Shown here piece by piece: positions 1 through 13,020 of a DNA stretch of 64,000 nt. The notes under the pieces were generated by a model, which was not told the DNA's origin, did no database searches, and saw only the letters and a list, made by a program, of their open reading frames with translations. The stretch's first letter is position 1. Every line of letters begins with the position of its first letter. Position numbers and translations under genes: made by a program. The DNA is from Okamejei kenojei (taxonomy: Eukaryota). The stretch covers positions 16,492,001 through 16,556,000 of the forward strand of contig CM069152.1 of NCBI GenBank assembly GCA_035221665.1. Direction: 5' to 3'.

Positions 1-319
1 ATGGCTCTGAGACCCATACCATTGGTGGACGATGAGTTGCGGAAATCTCTGGTTTAGGAATCGTGTGAATACTGTGATACTGCATGTGTCTCTCACCTGC
101 AGATGCCTCCTCCCCCTATCTCTTGTTAATTTTGGTAAAGGCTCCACAAATGTCTGTGTCATTTCTGTGTATGCTCTGTGTGTGAGTCTGGTCCCTCCCT
201 GCACGTTTTCTCTGTGTCAGACCCGTGTCTGCAGATGTATTACGATAATCAGATGGGTGTCTGTGGAAGCTCTGTGTGTATGTATGTGTCCATGTAGCTT
301 CCTAGTTTAGGATGTGCAC

Positions 320-1060
320 CTCACTGACAAGGCAAGCCTTCATTACCCATCCCCAGTTGCCCTCACGAAGGTGCTGGTGAGCTGACCTTCTTGAACTGCT
401 GCTGTCTGTCCGGTGGTTTTGTTGGGTAGATGTTCCAAGATTTGGACCTAGTGACAATGATCGATTGGTGCTATCGTTCCAGGCGTGGTGTGGTGTGGGG
501 GAACCTGGAGGTGGCGGTGTCCCTCTGCACCGTCTGCCCTGTCATTGGGAGTAGACATTGCAGGTTTGGAAGATGCTCTTGGAGAAGCCCTGTTTAGTAC
601 CTCTGGTGCATTTTGTAGACAGTGCCACTATTGTGTGGGTGGAGGGAAGGAAGGTGGATGGAATGGGCTGCTTTGTCCTGCTGCTTGAGAATTGTTGAAG
701 CTGTACGCATCAAGTCAAGAGTGTTTAATAGTCATATATACCGCCAACAAGACAATGAGCATTCTTACTTGCTGCAGCTTATCAAGGCCCATTAACATAA
801 TAATGTACAATAAATATACAATAAGCAATAATGCAATAAATTATTAATCAGTAATACTAGGTATTACACACAATAGTGCAAAACCAAAGTCCATGGTGCA
901 ACCAAAATAGAGTTGATAGAAGATCATGGTTGCGGAGGCAATGGTTAGTGTAGCGCAATATTCAACAGTCTGATAGATGCTGGGAAGGAGCTATTCTTGA
1001 ACCTGGTCATGATTTTCAAGCTCCTGTACTTTCTTCCCGATGGTAGTAGTGAGACGAGAG
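320..1060 (-). mobile_element. Degraded L2/CR1-type LINE 3' fragments
   Basis: Motifs such as ccttcattacccatccccagttgccc and ctattcttgaacctgg...ctcctgtactttcttcccgatggtag, with similar decayed tracts at 4030-4570 and 35696-36268. Family assignment and boundaries approximate. Confidence 0.5.
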
Positions 1061-1069
1061 TTCAGTTCA

Positions 1070-2000
1070 GTTGTTTGATTTAATTTAGAAAATGGATGGG
1101 TGATGTTACGGGTCGGGACCCTTCATCAGACTGATTGTTGGAGGGAGAGGGGGACTGAAAGCCAGCAAAGACCAGGAACTGTGGAACTGTGGACTGGTTA
1201 ATATATCTCAGTGGAGGAAAGGGAGCAAGGGGAAGAGGGAGGGGAGTGTTTGTAAAAGTTACTTAAAATTAGAGAATTCCACATTCATGCCACTAGGTTG
1301 CAAGCTGTCCAAGCAAAATATGAGGTGCTGTTCCTCCAATTGGTGTGTGGCCTCACTCTGGCGATGGGAGGCCCAGGACAGAATGGTCAGCATGGCAATG
1401 GGAAGAGGAGTTAAAATGGTTGGCAACCGGGAGATCCAGTAGGCCTTGGCAGTCCAAGCTTAAGTAGGTGTTCAGCGAAATGGTTGCCGAGTCTATGATT
1501 TGTCTCGCCAATGTACCGGAGCCCACATCGGGATCACCAGATGCAGGAGACGGGGTTAGCGGAGGTGCACGTGAACCTCTGTCTCACCTGGAAGAACTGT
1601 CGAGGTCCCTGGATGAAGTCGAGGGAGGAGGCATAAGGATAGGTGTTGCATCTCCTGCTGTTGCAGGATAAAGTACCTGGGGAGGGGGTGGTTTGCGTGG
1701 GAAAGGATGAGTGAACCAAGGAGTTGCAGTGGGAGTGGTCTCTGCAGTAGGTAGAAAGGGGTGGAGATGGGAAGATGTGATTAGTGGTGGGATCACATTG
1801 TAGGATGATGTGTTGGATGCAGAGGATGGTGAGGCGAAAGGCGAGGACCAGGGGAACTCTGTACTTGTTGCGTCGGGGGAGAGGAGGAGAGAGGGCAGAA
1901 CTGCAGGACACAGAGACATGTGCGAGGGACCCATCCATGATAGAAGGAGGGAAACCATAAGTTTTTCCAAAAGAATGAGGACATCCTCGGAAGCGGCATC
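1070..2000 (-). mobile_element. Penelope-like retroelement fragment (GIY-YIG endonuclease region and 3' end)
   Basis: Reverse-complement match to the element at 20330-21830 (DPTTNHIFPSPPLS, PGTLSCNSRRCNT), broken by frameshifts. Hammerhead-like motif at about 1085-1115. Confidence 0.8.
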
Positions 2001-2129
2001 TACGGTAGTAATGGTGTTCTAGCTTGTTCAGTCAAGTTTCTAGTGACCCCTATAATTTCAGGAAACTCAGTGATAACAATGATAACAGCTTTGAGTGAAG
2101 GGCAGACTGTCAGCCATTCATGCCTTGTA

Positions 2130-4020
2130 TGCTTTGTGTGTCTGGTTAATGTCCGTGGGCACTGTCATTGTGACTTGTGTGTCTGTGTTTGCGCTGATTG
2201 TCTATCTGGTTAATATCTTTGGATCATTTCTATTTTATTAATCTTTGAGGATGCTCTGTAAATATGTCAGATAAACGTCTGTGGATGCTGCATGTCTACA
2301 GACATGGTGTGTGTCTGGGTAACGTATGTGGACTCTCAGTGTGTGGTTAATGTCTGTGGACACAGTGTATGTGTCTGGTTAATGTCTGGACAGTCAGTGT
2401 GTGTCTGGTTAATGTCTGGACAGTCAGTGTGTGTCTGGTTAATGTCTGTGGACTCAGTGTATGTGTCTGGTTAATGTCTGGTCAATGTCTGGACAGTCTG
2501 TGTGTGTCTGGTTAGTGTCGGTGGATACTGTGGGTGTCTGGTTTGTGTCAATGGACAGTCTGTGTGTGTGACTGGTTAATGTCTATGGACACCCAGTTAA
2601 TATTGCTAGATGCCGTATGTGGTTAATTTGGACAGGTTGTGTGTTTAGTTACCATCTCTGGATGCTCTCTGTATCTGATTATCGTCCATGTCCATGGGTA
2701 ATACATGTGTGTGTTCTCTGTGTCTGCTTCCTGTCTGAGAGGACTTGCACTATCTTAATGCATGTGGATGTTGTACACGCTTCAATAATGTGTTTGACTG
2801 CTCTCTCTGTTTCATTAATGTTTGTGGACACCCACCATCTGGTGAATGTCTGCAGATGATCTCTGCCCGCCTGCTGTTCTCTGAGGACTCTGTATGTGTC
2901 TGGTAATGTCTGCTGGCACATTGTGTCTGCGTCGTGGATGACCGTTTATGTGTATGTGGTTAGTATCTCAGCATTTACCCTTTGATGGTCTGGTTACTGT
3001 TGGTGAAACCTCTATGTTTGGGGTTAATATCTGTGGAGATTCTTTCTATCAGGTTGGCATCCGTGGACACCCCTGGTGCATCAGTGAATGTCAGTCAGTG
3101 TCTGGTTAATGGATTTACATGCTTGTTGTGTGACTTACATGTTTGGTTCATTTCTGTGGCCACTCTGTGCCTGGTTAATATCACTGAATACTCTCCGTGA
3201 CCAGATCATGCCTGTGGGTGCTCATTCTGTCAGGTAATACCCTCTCTCCCCCTCTCCCCCTCTCCCCCTCTCCCCCTCTCCCCCTCTCCTGTATATGCAA
3301 GCTCTGAGTTTGATTTGTTAATGACTGCATATGTGCCTGGGTCCTTTCCATATCTGTTTAAGGATGCAGATGCTCCATGTCTTGCCAGTTGTCTGTGGGT
3401 GATGGATGTGTGCCTGGTTAATGCCTGCGTATATCCGCTGTGTGTCTGATTTACATGACCTTGTTTAATACCTGTGTGTACTCATTATACCACCAGATAT
3501 TCTGCTTATTTGGTGCTCTGTATGTCTCTGGTTAACATCTCTGTCTGTAGATTCTCTGCTTACTGTCTCCGAATGTAAATATTCTGTGTGCCTGGTTAAA
3601 GTCTACCGTGTCAATGACCCAGTATGATCTCGGTGTGTGGTTAATGTATTTAGATGCTATGTGTTACTGGATAATGCCTTGCTTATGTCTGGTTCATATC
3701 TCTGGATGCCTTCTCTGTGCTTGCACCCAGTTAGACACAAAGTGCTGGAGAAACTCAGTGGGCCAGGCAACATCTCTGGAGAAAAACGATGGGTAACATT
3801 TTGGGTTGGGACCATTCTTCAGCCTCTCACCTAGTTATTCCCAGTGCGTGCGTGTGTGTGTGTGCGTATGTGTGTGTGAGAGTAATGTTTGTGGATGCTC
3901 TGTGTAGGCTGATCAATGTCCAGGAATATTTCTGTGTTTGGTTAACATGTATCTTCATTCCCATGGACAATCTGTGTGTTAATTTCTATGGACAATCTTC
4001 ATGTCCTGGTAAATTATACT
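2130..4020. repeat. Degenerate TG-rich minisatellite (~30-bp unit, core tgtgtctggttaatgtct)
   Basis: Near-perfect 30-bp units at about 2370-2490, decaying outward; similar sequence at about 60-310. Explains the many spurious C/V/W/L-rich ORFs. Confidence 0.8.
3241..3289. repeat. (tctccccc)n simple repeat
   Basis: About five 8-bp units, reading (GGGGGAGA)n on the minus strand. Confidence 0.85.
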
Positions 4021-4736
4021 TGCTGTATAATTGATATGAGTATTGGTTATTAGTGTCTTGTGCACTGAGATACAGTGAAAATGTTGGTCGTGCATGCAGG
4101 GCGGGCAGACCTATACCATACATGAGAACAAGAGGTAGTACGAAAAGAGGAAGGAAATAAAATACTGAATTTTGTGTACAGCTACAGAGAAAGTGCAGAT
4201 AAAGAAGTGTAAGGGCCGCGGTGAGTTAGATTGAAAGAATGGAAATTCATCCTTAACAGTTGAGAGATCAGTTGAAGAGTCTCATAACAGTGGGGACGAA
4301 GATATTTGTGAGTCTGGTGGTGCGTGCCTTCAGGTTTTTCTATCTTCTAATCGACGGGAGAGAGGAGAAGAGAGAATGACTGGGGTGTGAGTGGTCCTTG
4401 GTTATGTTGGTGGACAAAAATGCTGGAGAAACTCAGCGGGTGAGGCAGCATCTATGGAGTGACGGAAATAGACAACGTTTTGGGTCAAAACCCTTCAACT
4501 GATTATGTTGATTGCTTTCTTGGAGCAGGGTGGTGAAGATGGGGTCAATGGGGGGAAGGCTGGTTCACATAACAGATTAATGTTTGTTTTCATTCGATAC
4601 CCCCCTAGATGTCTCATTGCTCTGCGTATGTGTCAGGACAGAAATTGTGTGCACTCTGTCTGTTTACCTGCTCTCGGGTAATAAGTTCTAGTATTGTTGC
4701 TGTCATGTTATTAATTTCACCATTCTCCATCCACAG

Positions 4737-4900
4737 TGTGGGCAGTGTGCAGATTGAGTTTGACGCCATCTTCACCTTGAAGGAAATCCAATGGTTTTTG
4801 CTGGAACCCAACCTGATCTTCAATGTTAGTGGCCTGCGCCTCGTCATTGCCGCTGGCTTCGAGATCGGTGGCGCTCAAGTGGTGACGGTGTATGTGACAG
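4737..4900 (+). CDS. SEA/EGF transmembrane protein, internal exon (C-terminal part of SEA domain); upstream exons not identified in window
   Basis: Acceptor ttctccatccacag|, donor ACAG|gtagcc, phase 2->1. Encodes xVGSVQIEFDAIFTLKEIQWFLLEPNLIFNVSGLRLVIAAGFEIGGAQVVTVYVT. GSVQI resembles the SEA-domain G^SVVV motif. Joins the next exon in frame. Confidence 0.75.
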
Positions 4901-5874
4901 GTAGCCCGCACCAAACTACCGAACATATAGTATCCTACCTTCTCTGAGTACTATTCCGATCATGGAGGAAAGAAGATGATTCCCCTCATCTCCAGTTGCA
5001 TAAGGCCCTGGTCATCCCCCGTGATAGACACAAAATGTTGAAGTAACTCAGCGGGTCAGGCAGCGTCTCTGGAAAAAAGGAATAGGTGATGTTTTGGGTC
5101 GAGACCCTTCATCAGTCCAGACCATTCTGCTGTCATCTCCCCTGTTGTGTAAAGAGGACTAGAGGGTGACCTCTTTTCTTCATGAGTCTGGTTTGGAACA
5201 AGTGGTTTGAGGTTATTTCCGTTACACTTGAGGAGAAGGAGTTTATCTCAGTAATGATTCAATTTCAGAGTAATTGGCGTCATATACAATAGAGTGCAAT
5301 TAAATTCTTTGATCACATGAAGCCGACAGAGTAACATAGTTTTAGAAACATTTAGGCAGGTACATGGATAGGATAGGTTTAGAGGGAAAAACGCAGGCAT
5401 GTAGGACTAGTGTAGATGTGACATGTTGGCCGGTGTGGGCAAGTTGGGCCGAAGGGCCTGTTTCCAAGCTATGACTATGATAGATGCAACAATAAATACA
5501 TTGGCAGGTGCAAATTAGCAGAATGGTGCAAGACTGTGGTGCAATGCAAAGTGTGCAAAAAAAAAAAGGACATTAATGGAATAACGGAGTGAGGTATACT
5601 TAAGATAGGAGTACATGATAGTTGTGTGGAGTTATTTTCTGCATATTTGATTCATGGTAATTTTCTCAGAAACTCTATACCCATTAGTACTGTACAGCTC
5701 TGCCCCATTCAGATCTGATTACAAGCTTTCAACGTTTCATGTGGCAACTCGGTGTGGGGTTCTCAGTGGATGGGTACTTTATATTAAGGGTAGGGCAACC
5801 CAGTAATGGATCAGGGATAAGGAAGTGAAGTCTATAGCCACAATTCTAAGAGTCAATTGAAACTATTAGAATTG

Positions 5875-6300
5875 TGGTTGAGTGTCAAAGTGAGGCCACA
5901 AGCAAATGGGAAGAACAGCACTTCATATTTTGCTTGGGCAGCTTACAACCCAGCAGTACGAATATTGATTTCTCTAATTTCACGCATAACCCCCTCTCAC
6001 CATCCCTCCCCACTCTAGTCGGCCTGCTAGTTTCAGTGTTCGTTTACCCTCGTAACCTCCTCCTCCACAGCCAACAATGGACCATTGTGGGCTCTTTGGT
6101 CATCAGTGCCAGCTCTGATCTGTTCCGTACCTTTTCCTACCTCTCCTTTCCCTCTCCCCGACTCTCAGTCTGAAGAAGGGCCTCGACCCAAAACTTCACC
6201 TATTCCGTTTCTCCAGAGATGCTGCCTGACCCGCTATATTACTCCAGCTTTTTGTGCCTATCTTCGGTGTAAACCAGCATCTGCAGTTCCTTCCTACACA
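5875..6300 (+). mobile_element. Penelope-like 3' fragment with terminal repeat
   Basis: EEQHFIFCLGSLQP tail followed by ctgaagaaggg..gaccc.aaac and agagatgctgcctgacccgct. Inverted relatives at 7365-7730. Confidence 0.75.
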
Positions 6301-6364
6301 TGTGTATCAATCACGTTGTCTTATCCATTTCTCTCTTTCTCTCTCTCTCTCTCTCTCACTACAG

Positions 6365-6527
6365 AAAAACTAATTGCTTTGTGTGGCGCGGTGCTTTTCT
6401 GCCAGAATGGGTTCCAGTGCGTACATAGAAAGTCGGGGAATGTGAGCTGTACCTCCCTCTGCCACACTGCCTACTGCAAGAACAGTGGCATCTGCACTCA
6501 CAGACGGGGCCAGGGGCCAATCTGCCA
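6365..6527 (+). CDS. SEA/EGF transmembrane protein, Cys-rich EGF-like exon
   Basis: (ct)n polypyrimidine tract then actacag|, donor CA|gtaagt, phase 1->2. Encodes EKLIALCGAVLFCQNGFQCVHRKSGNVSCTSLCHTAYCKNSGICTHRRGQGPIC. Confidence 0.9.
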
Positions 6528-6659
6528 GTAAGTGACGTGGCGTTCCCGTGCACGGGGCAGGTTGCTCAGTGTCTATCATCTTCAGCGTAGACGGAGAACC
6601 CTTTGAAGCCAGCTGCTGTTCAACTGAGTCATGAAGTAAGTGTTGGAGGGTGATCACTT

Positions 6660-6830
6660 CTGTACTTTTTTATACCTCTAGTTTCTATCCGATACTCACT
6701 AGGGCATTTTTTACTGTCCAATTAGCATACAAACCTGTATGTCTTTGGACTGTTGGAGGCAACCGGAAATCCCGAAGAAAACCCACACAGGTCATGGGGA
6801 GAACGTACAAACACTATGCTGACAGCGCTC
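6660..6830 (-). mobile_element. V-SINE/HE1-like SINE fragment
   Basis: Reverse complement of the central domain of the SINEs at 53594 and 56957. Confidence 0.7.
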
Positions 6831-7364
6831 ATAGCAAAACAGCAGTCGCGGAATTTAAATCGCGCTATCAGATCCCAGAGACTTCTGCCATAGTTTCCAG
6901 TTTTATTCTTCTTCCTCAATATCCCGTACAACTGCACATACATCCCAACTTCTATACTCAATACCCTGACTGATGAAGGCCTTCTTGACTACCCTGTCTA
7001 ACCTGGTGTCACTTTCAAGGAAGTATGTACCTGCTCCCTTAGTTCCCTGCTCTACTACACTCCCCAAAGCGCTGTGTTTAGAAACATGGGGTGCAGATTG
7101 CATGATATGGAGGATGAATCTGACATTAGTTCCTTAAATTTCACCAATCATTTAGGAATGTTAATTACTCCTTTGCTATGATATTGCGTACAATCTGCAA
7201 CTAGTGATGTATCTCCTAACCCCAGGGACATACAATAAACAGTCCAGCAGGTAGAGCTGCTGCCTGCCAGCTCCAGCAACCCAGGCCACGTGCCATCTGT
7301 TCTCCTGTGATCGTGTGGGTCTCCTCACTAATCCCAATAACATGATTAGTCGATTAATTGACAT

Positions 7365-7730
7365 TTTGGGTCGATACCCTTCTTCAGACTGAGAGTCGGG
7401 GGAGAGGGAAAACTAGAGGTATAAAAAAGTACAGAAGCGATCAGAGCCGGCACCGATGGCCAAAGAGACCACAATGGCCCATTGTTGGCTGTGGTGGAGA
7501 TAATAACGAGGGGATATGAACAGTAAAATTAGCAGGACGATTCGAGTGGGGAGGGATGGAGAGTGAGGGAATTCAAGGGTTACTTGAAATTAGACATCAA
7601 TATTCATACCACTGGGTTGTAAGCTGCCCAAGCGAAATATGAGGAGCTGTTGGAGAAAAGGAATAGGTGATGTTTCGGGTCGAGACCCTTCTTCAGATTG
7701 AGAGTCAGGGGAGAGGGTAACTCGGGGTAT
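7365..7730 (-). mobile_element. Penelope-like 3'/terminal-repeat fragments in tandem
   Basis: Two copies of gggtcgagacccttcttcag..tgagagtc.ggggagagg around a LIFRLGSLQPSGMNID-coding remnant. Confidence 0.75.
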
Positions 7731-7925
7731 GTGAAGGCAACAGGGGTGGTCGACTGGATGGGTTAGGGGCAAGGGTTTGAAGAGCCTTTAGTTGTTTAGT
7801 GGGGGACGTTTGTCCTACAATGTGGGGCTACAATGTCTCATTCAGAGGCACAATGATGGTGCTTTGTGAAACAGACTGTCTCTGAGACCACGGTGTGAGC
7901 CGCTGCTCGTTGTCTTTCACCACAG

Positions 7926-8117
7926 GTGCCCCGTGGGCAGTGATTATTGGTACATGGGCCCCCGGTGCGACCACAGAGTGACCCGGCAGAGCGTGATAGC
8001 GATCGTGTTCGGCGTGATGTTTGCTCTGGCCTTGCTGCTAGCCGCCGTGGCTCTCGGCGTCCGCCGGAGGTACAAGGTGGTGCTGGTTGAGGCCAAAATG
8101 GACCAGACCCGAAGCAG
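7926..8117 (+). CDS. SEA/EGF transmembrane protein, EGF end plus transmembrane exon
   Basis: ctttcaccacag| ... AG|gtgaga, phase 2->2. Encodes QCPVGSDYWYMGPRCDHRVTRQS, TM helix VIAIVFGVMFALALLLAAVALGV, then stop-transfer RRRYK. Confidence 0.92.
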
Positions 8118-9869
8118 GTGAGAGAGGGTTCATGGGGTGATGGCACTAGCGACCTGGAGGGGTGGGAGTGGGGGAGTGGAGGGAATTTGCGGAGTGGGGG
8201 GGAAGAAGGAAGGCGTCAGAAGGTCAGTTCCCTGCAACTTCCACTAACCTATGGAAAATACACTTGTACACGACTATCGTGTCTGCTTCCACCACCACCC
8301 CTGGCTCTATTCAGCAAAGTTTCTAACGTGTTGCTGCATTTGGGTGTCTCTTCCCCTGTTATTGCTTCTCCATATATTAAATGTCACGATTGCAATAAAT
8401 TCACACCAGGTTTTATATCCTCTTCGAGTTTGAATTAATTTAATGTATCATTTTTTTTCTATTTAAAATACATTTATCTCATCATGTATCTGATATTCAA
8501 CATAGCAAACTGAATTGATGATTTAATGTTCTTGATGTCTCCCCATCATTGTCCTTCCACCAATACTGTATGAGGAGTGACTGCATGGGTTAGGTTTGTG
8601 TAAGGAACAGCAGATTCCTGGTTTACACTGAAGATAGCTGATAACTCTAGCATTCAAGTTTATCCAAACTCTCTCTGCAGCTGAAACCCTCTAATCCAGG
8701 CAAACCTCCTCTACACTCTCTCCAAAACCTTTATAATGTGCCTATCAGAAATGTCCTTGTACTCCAAATGTGGCCTAACCACATTTTTAAAGAGCTACAA
8801 ATAAGATTTTGGTTAGACCGCATTTGGAGTAGGCCATCCCTGTGTCTGTAAGATATTTTTACTCTTTTATGTTCTTTAAAAATTGTATTTCATAGTTCCC
8901 TTTTACCTTCCTAATTATTATCATGCTTTCTGTCATCTGTTTACTTGCTGAATATTGCTATCCATTTTATCGTTAAAAATATTTTTAGTCTCCCAAAATT
9001 AGTTTTCTGTATCCTTCATTATCTTAAAATAAAATATGTTATGGTAATTCTTGCACAATGTTCCCCCACTTGTGCCTATCGATGGTTCACCCCATTACTA
9101 CATCCAATAACAGATCTTTGGACTTTTCAAAATAAGGTTGGTTAGAAAGGAGTGCTGTATTTTGTGTACACCACTCTCTTACATCTTTTTCCAACTTTCT
9201 GCATACAATTAAAGTCAGGGTAACTAAAGTTGCCCATATTTGTACGCCAATATTTCCTTAATTTGCCTGGATAATTCTTCTCTCGCTTCTTTTCATTGTG
9301 AGGTGGAGACCACACTTGCAGCATATGTGAGATTTTTCTGGTACTGTGCTTACTATTTGTGTCCTTGTCATAGTTGCGTCACATCTTTCCATTGCATTAT
9401 GTTGTATCTATCAAATATTATTATTCCACTTTCCCTTTTCACCTCTCATTTCTAATTATGTTACACCCTGCAGCATTTTATTCCCGGTCCTGATTTTTCC
9501 ACTGTTCCCCAGTAATCTTTCTTATGTCTTGGTTCCTCCCAATGCATGATTGCATCCAACTTCTTGGCATTATTTAAGAGTTTGAACATGGCTTAAAGAT
9601 AGTTTAATTTATTTTTTAAATAGGATTTCCTTTCATTTAATATAAACCATCTTAATTCTATTTGCTGCCCTGCTGCCAAATTCTTCCCTTACTTTATTCT
9701 TTCCTGCTGCTGTTTGTTTATATTTAACTGTCTCATTTTTTTTTGTGTTTCAAAACCTCAAAGCTTTTTGCCGTCTCTTTACTTATCCTTTCCTGCAGGA
9801 CGTGAATGTTCAGGTTAACCCCATTCCACTTGTGAAGCTCCTCCTGTCCCTGAAACTGTGTCAATAACC

Positions 9870-10465
9870 CATAACAGACAATAGGTGCAGGAGTAGGCCA
9901 TTTGGCCCTTCGAGCCAGCACCGCCATTCAATGTGATCATGGCTGATCATCCCTAATCAGTACCCCATTCCATCCTTCTCCCCATATCCCTTGACTCCGC
10001 TGTTTTTAAGAGCCCTATCAAGCTCTCTCTTGAAAGCATCCAGAGAACCTGTCTCCACCGCCCTCTGAGGCAGAGAATTCCACAGACTCACCACTCTCTG
10101 TGAGAAAAAGTGTTTCCTCGTCTCTGTTCTAAATGGCTTACTCCTTATTCTCAAACTTTGGCCCCTGGTTCTGGACTTCCCCAACATCGGGAACATGTTT
10201 CCTGCCTCTAGTGTGTCCAAGCCCTTAACAATCTTATATGTTTCAATGAGATATCCTCTCATCTTTCTAAACTCCAGAGTATACAAGCCCAGCTGCTCCA
10301 TTGCCTCAGCATATGACAGTCCCGCCATCCCGGGAATTAACCTTGTAAACCTACACTGCACTCCCTCAATAGCAAGAATATCCTTCCTTAAATTAGGGGA
10401 CTAAAACTGCACACAAATACTCCAGGTGTGGTCTCACTAGGGCTCTGTACAACTGCACAAGGAAC
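9870..10465 (-). mobile_element. CR1 LINE 3' fragment
   Basis: ORF2 C-terminus RFTRLIPGMAGLSY...FFSQRVVSLWNSLPQ...GYGEK, with a 3'UTR like that at 35605-35695. Confidence 0.92.
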
Positions 10466-11047
10466 TCCCTCGTTCCCACACTTGACCGTTAGTTGGGTTA
10501 ATTCTGCTGATGTGTCTGCGTCTTTGCCAATTTACACATGGTTTGGACAAGAATTCTGAGATTATTATCCTCTAGATCTTGCTTTACAATGTGCAGCCTA
10601 ACTCCTGATGCATCTACACAGCTTCCTAAATGTAGTTCTATTTACTGTGGACCATACCAACTGGATTTATTTCTTCCCCTTCCAAGAGTGTGTTGGCAGT
10701 GGCTGGCTCCCTGTCTCTGATGCTGTAGCTGAAACTCCATAGATCATTGAAATCTGTCTTGAACTTGCCATTTTTTATTGTTTTGAGTTTCAGTAACAAG
10801 GAGGAGCCAGAACTAAACAATGAGCAGCAGCCTGCTATCTGCCCAGTAAATCTTTGGCTCAACACTTCAATTTGTTTGAGGATACACAGCCCAACACAAG
10901 TGTGTTCATAAACAAATGCACACATGTACAGGAAAAAAAGATAACATTTATGACATCTGTTTAAAATGCAGTATTCCAGAGTTTCAAAAGGATGTGTGTT
11001 CCTCTTTGACTGGCCTTAATAATGTTGTTGTGACTTTCCCTTCCCAG

Positions 11048-11275
11048 TTATAAGCGATTCAGTCGCTTTGATGATTTCTCCAATCCAAGCCAGTCCCAAT
11101 CCTGGCTCGACTTCTCTGTGAATTCGTTGGACAATCCCGGCTTCAGTAACTCAGACGAACTGATCCATCTGCATATCTTGGACACCAGTTTCTACTCTTG
11201 CCACGAAGAGTCAGAGACCGACACATACAGCAGTCGCAGGACTGGACGGCACAGTCAGCCAGCGTTCAGGCACAG
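11048..11275 (+). CDS. SEA/EGF transmembrane protein, cytoplasmic exon
   Basis: ctttcccttcccag| ... AG|gtataa, phase 2->2, open in the required frame: SYKRFSRFDDFSNPSQSQSWLDFSVNSLDNPGFSNSDELIHLHILDTSFYSCHEESETDTYSSRRTGRHSQPAFRH. Absent from the ORF track. Confidence 0.85.
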
Positions 11276-11849
11276 GTATAAATAATTCAGGAAAGTGTGT
11301 TAATGGTTAAAATGCAATACATGTCAGGGATTTTTGTGTATAAAATATCCCTGCCCCTTCCTCCACCACACATAGTCTGCATCTCCAGTGAACAGCTCCC
11401 TGGCTACGGTCAAACCTTTAGTGTCCGGGGGATTTGGCCAAAATCCATCTGCCCTCCAGGCAGAATCTCAAGTCAATGTCCATCTTTCCAGCTCCCAGGA
11501 TCTCCAGCCAACTTAGTAAGTTTCTGGTGCCCAGAAATTCAAGTCAATGTTCATCTCTGTGGTGACTGGAATTTCAGGACAAGATTTGTCTCTCCAGTAT
11601 TTGGACAATGTCCGAGTCTCCGTGCCTAGAATCTCTGGCCAATGTCTATCTGTCCTACCAGCAGAATATCTTGCAAGTGCCTGGACTCTGTCCAAATAAC
11701 TACCAGATTTTAATTTCAATTACCGGTACATGGCTGTGTCAGGACTCACTGGATATCTTTTGGGGTCAAAAACAATAATCTATATATGGTGGTGAAGTAT
11801 ATGGGTAGGGTTTGTAATTAATATTTTATCAGTGTCTTCAGAACTATCT

Positions 11850-13020
11850 GACAAGGAATTTTTTGAGGTAACGAGGATCAATGAGGGAGGTGTGGTGGAT
11901 GTAGTCTACCAGGTGTTTAGCACGTCATTTGATGAGGTCCCCTGTGGCAGAAAGGCCAAACGAGCACAAGCCTCTGAGAAGCAAGAGACAACTGCAAATT
12001 GGATTCAAAATGTGGCTCAGTGGCAGGATGTAATTGAGGAGTGTTTTTTTTCTGGATTGCAATGTTGTTACCAGAAAGGTTCCAAGCTGTCAGTACTCTG
12101 GGTTTATTGTACATAGTAATGCCCTTTGATTAAAACATCTGGCAAATAAGAATTGTGCACATGACACAAACATTGCCCATGAGGACAAATAGGAAAATAG
12201 AGCAAAGGAGACAGGGTGGTCAGAAAAATGCTGAATGCAATTTACAGACATGCATTTAGGGAGGTGTAATAGGTGAATGCACAATACATTTATAGGATTT
12301 GTTGGGGAATTACAGGAAGGATTGGATGCTTTGTAGAGAGTGCAGGTTAACCAGATTGATGCCCGGTTTAGATGGCCGTATGGCCTGTTCCCATGCTGTA
12401 CTTTTCATGTGTTCTAAATATGAACATCCAGAATGAACTCGGAATGTACATGCGCATCTCCCCTCAAAGCCAGCAGGGCAGATTAAAAAGTAGGACATAT
12501 GGGCACTTTTATTTATTAGTTGAGGTATACATTATATAGAGCCGGGAGGTTACTCTGGCAGTAATTAGTTAAACCACACCACAAGTGCTGTATACAGTTC
12601 CAGCCGCCACATTGCCGGGAAGATACCAGTGCAGAAAATCATCCCAAGGATTCTGGTGAGAATGGTAGAATTGTAGCTGGGAAGAAAGAATAGCTATGCT
12701 AAGGTCTTTTTCCTTGGAACAAGAGGTTGAGGGCAAATTAACCATATTAATAAAATGAAGGGCCTGGATAAATAGGAAGAGCCTAGTTCTGTTTGCAGAG
12801 GTCAAAAATCAAAAGGGAGTGGATTGGTGTAAGATTAACGAGATGACGATTTTCTTCACCCTGGGAATGAGGGGAGTTTGGAACCCACTCCAACGCAGAA
12901 GCCCTCATCACACTTAACCAGTGGACTGGCCTGCAGGACTAGAGCTGGTGCTGGAGGGAGGGATGAGTCCGGATACTTTTTCAACAGGCACATACAAGGA
13001 AGGTCGACTGGCCTGCATGT
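11850..13020 (+). mobile_element. Old degraded CR1 LINE segment
   Basis: EFFEVTRINEGGVVDVVYQVFSTSFDEVP is a decayed copy of the CR1 RT motif EFFEDV...VDVLYLDFQKAFDKVP. Many stops. Confidence 0.7.

Noticed and set aside
32-4034. Numerous short Cys/Val/Trp-rich ORFs
   Set aside because: Artefacts of the TG-rich minisatellite and LINE/Penelope remnants.
11340-11760. Faint periodicity (recurring caatgtc / aatctc motifs)
   Set aside because: Too degenerate to define a unit by eye; probably an old minisatellite.
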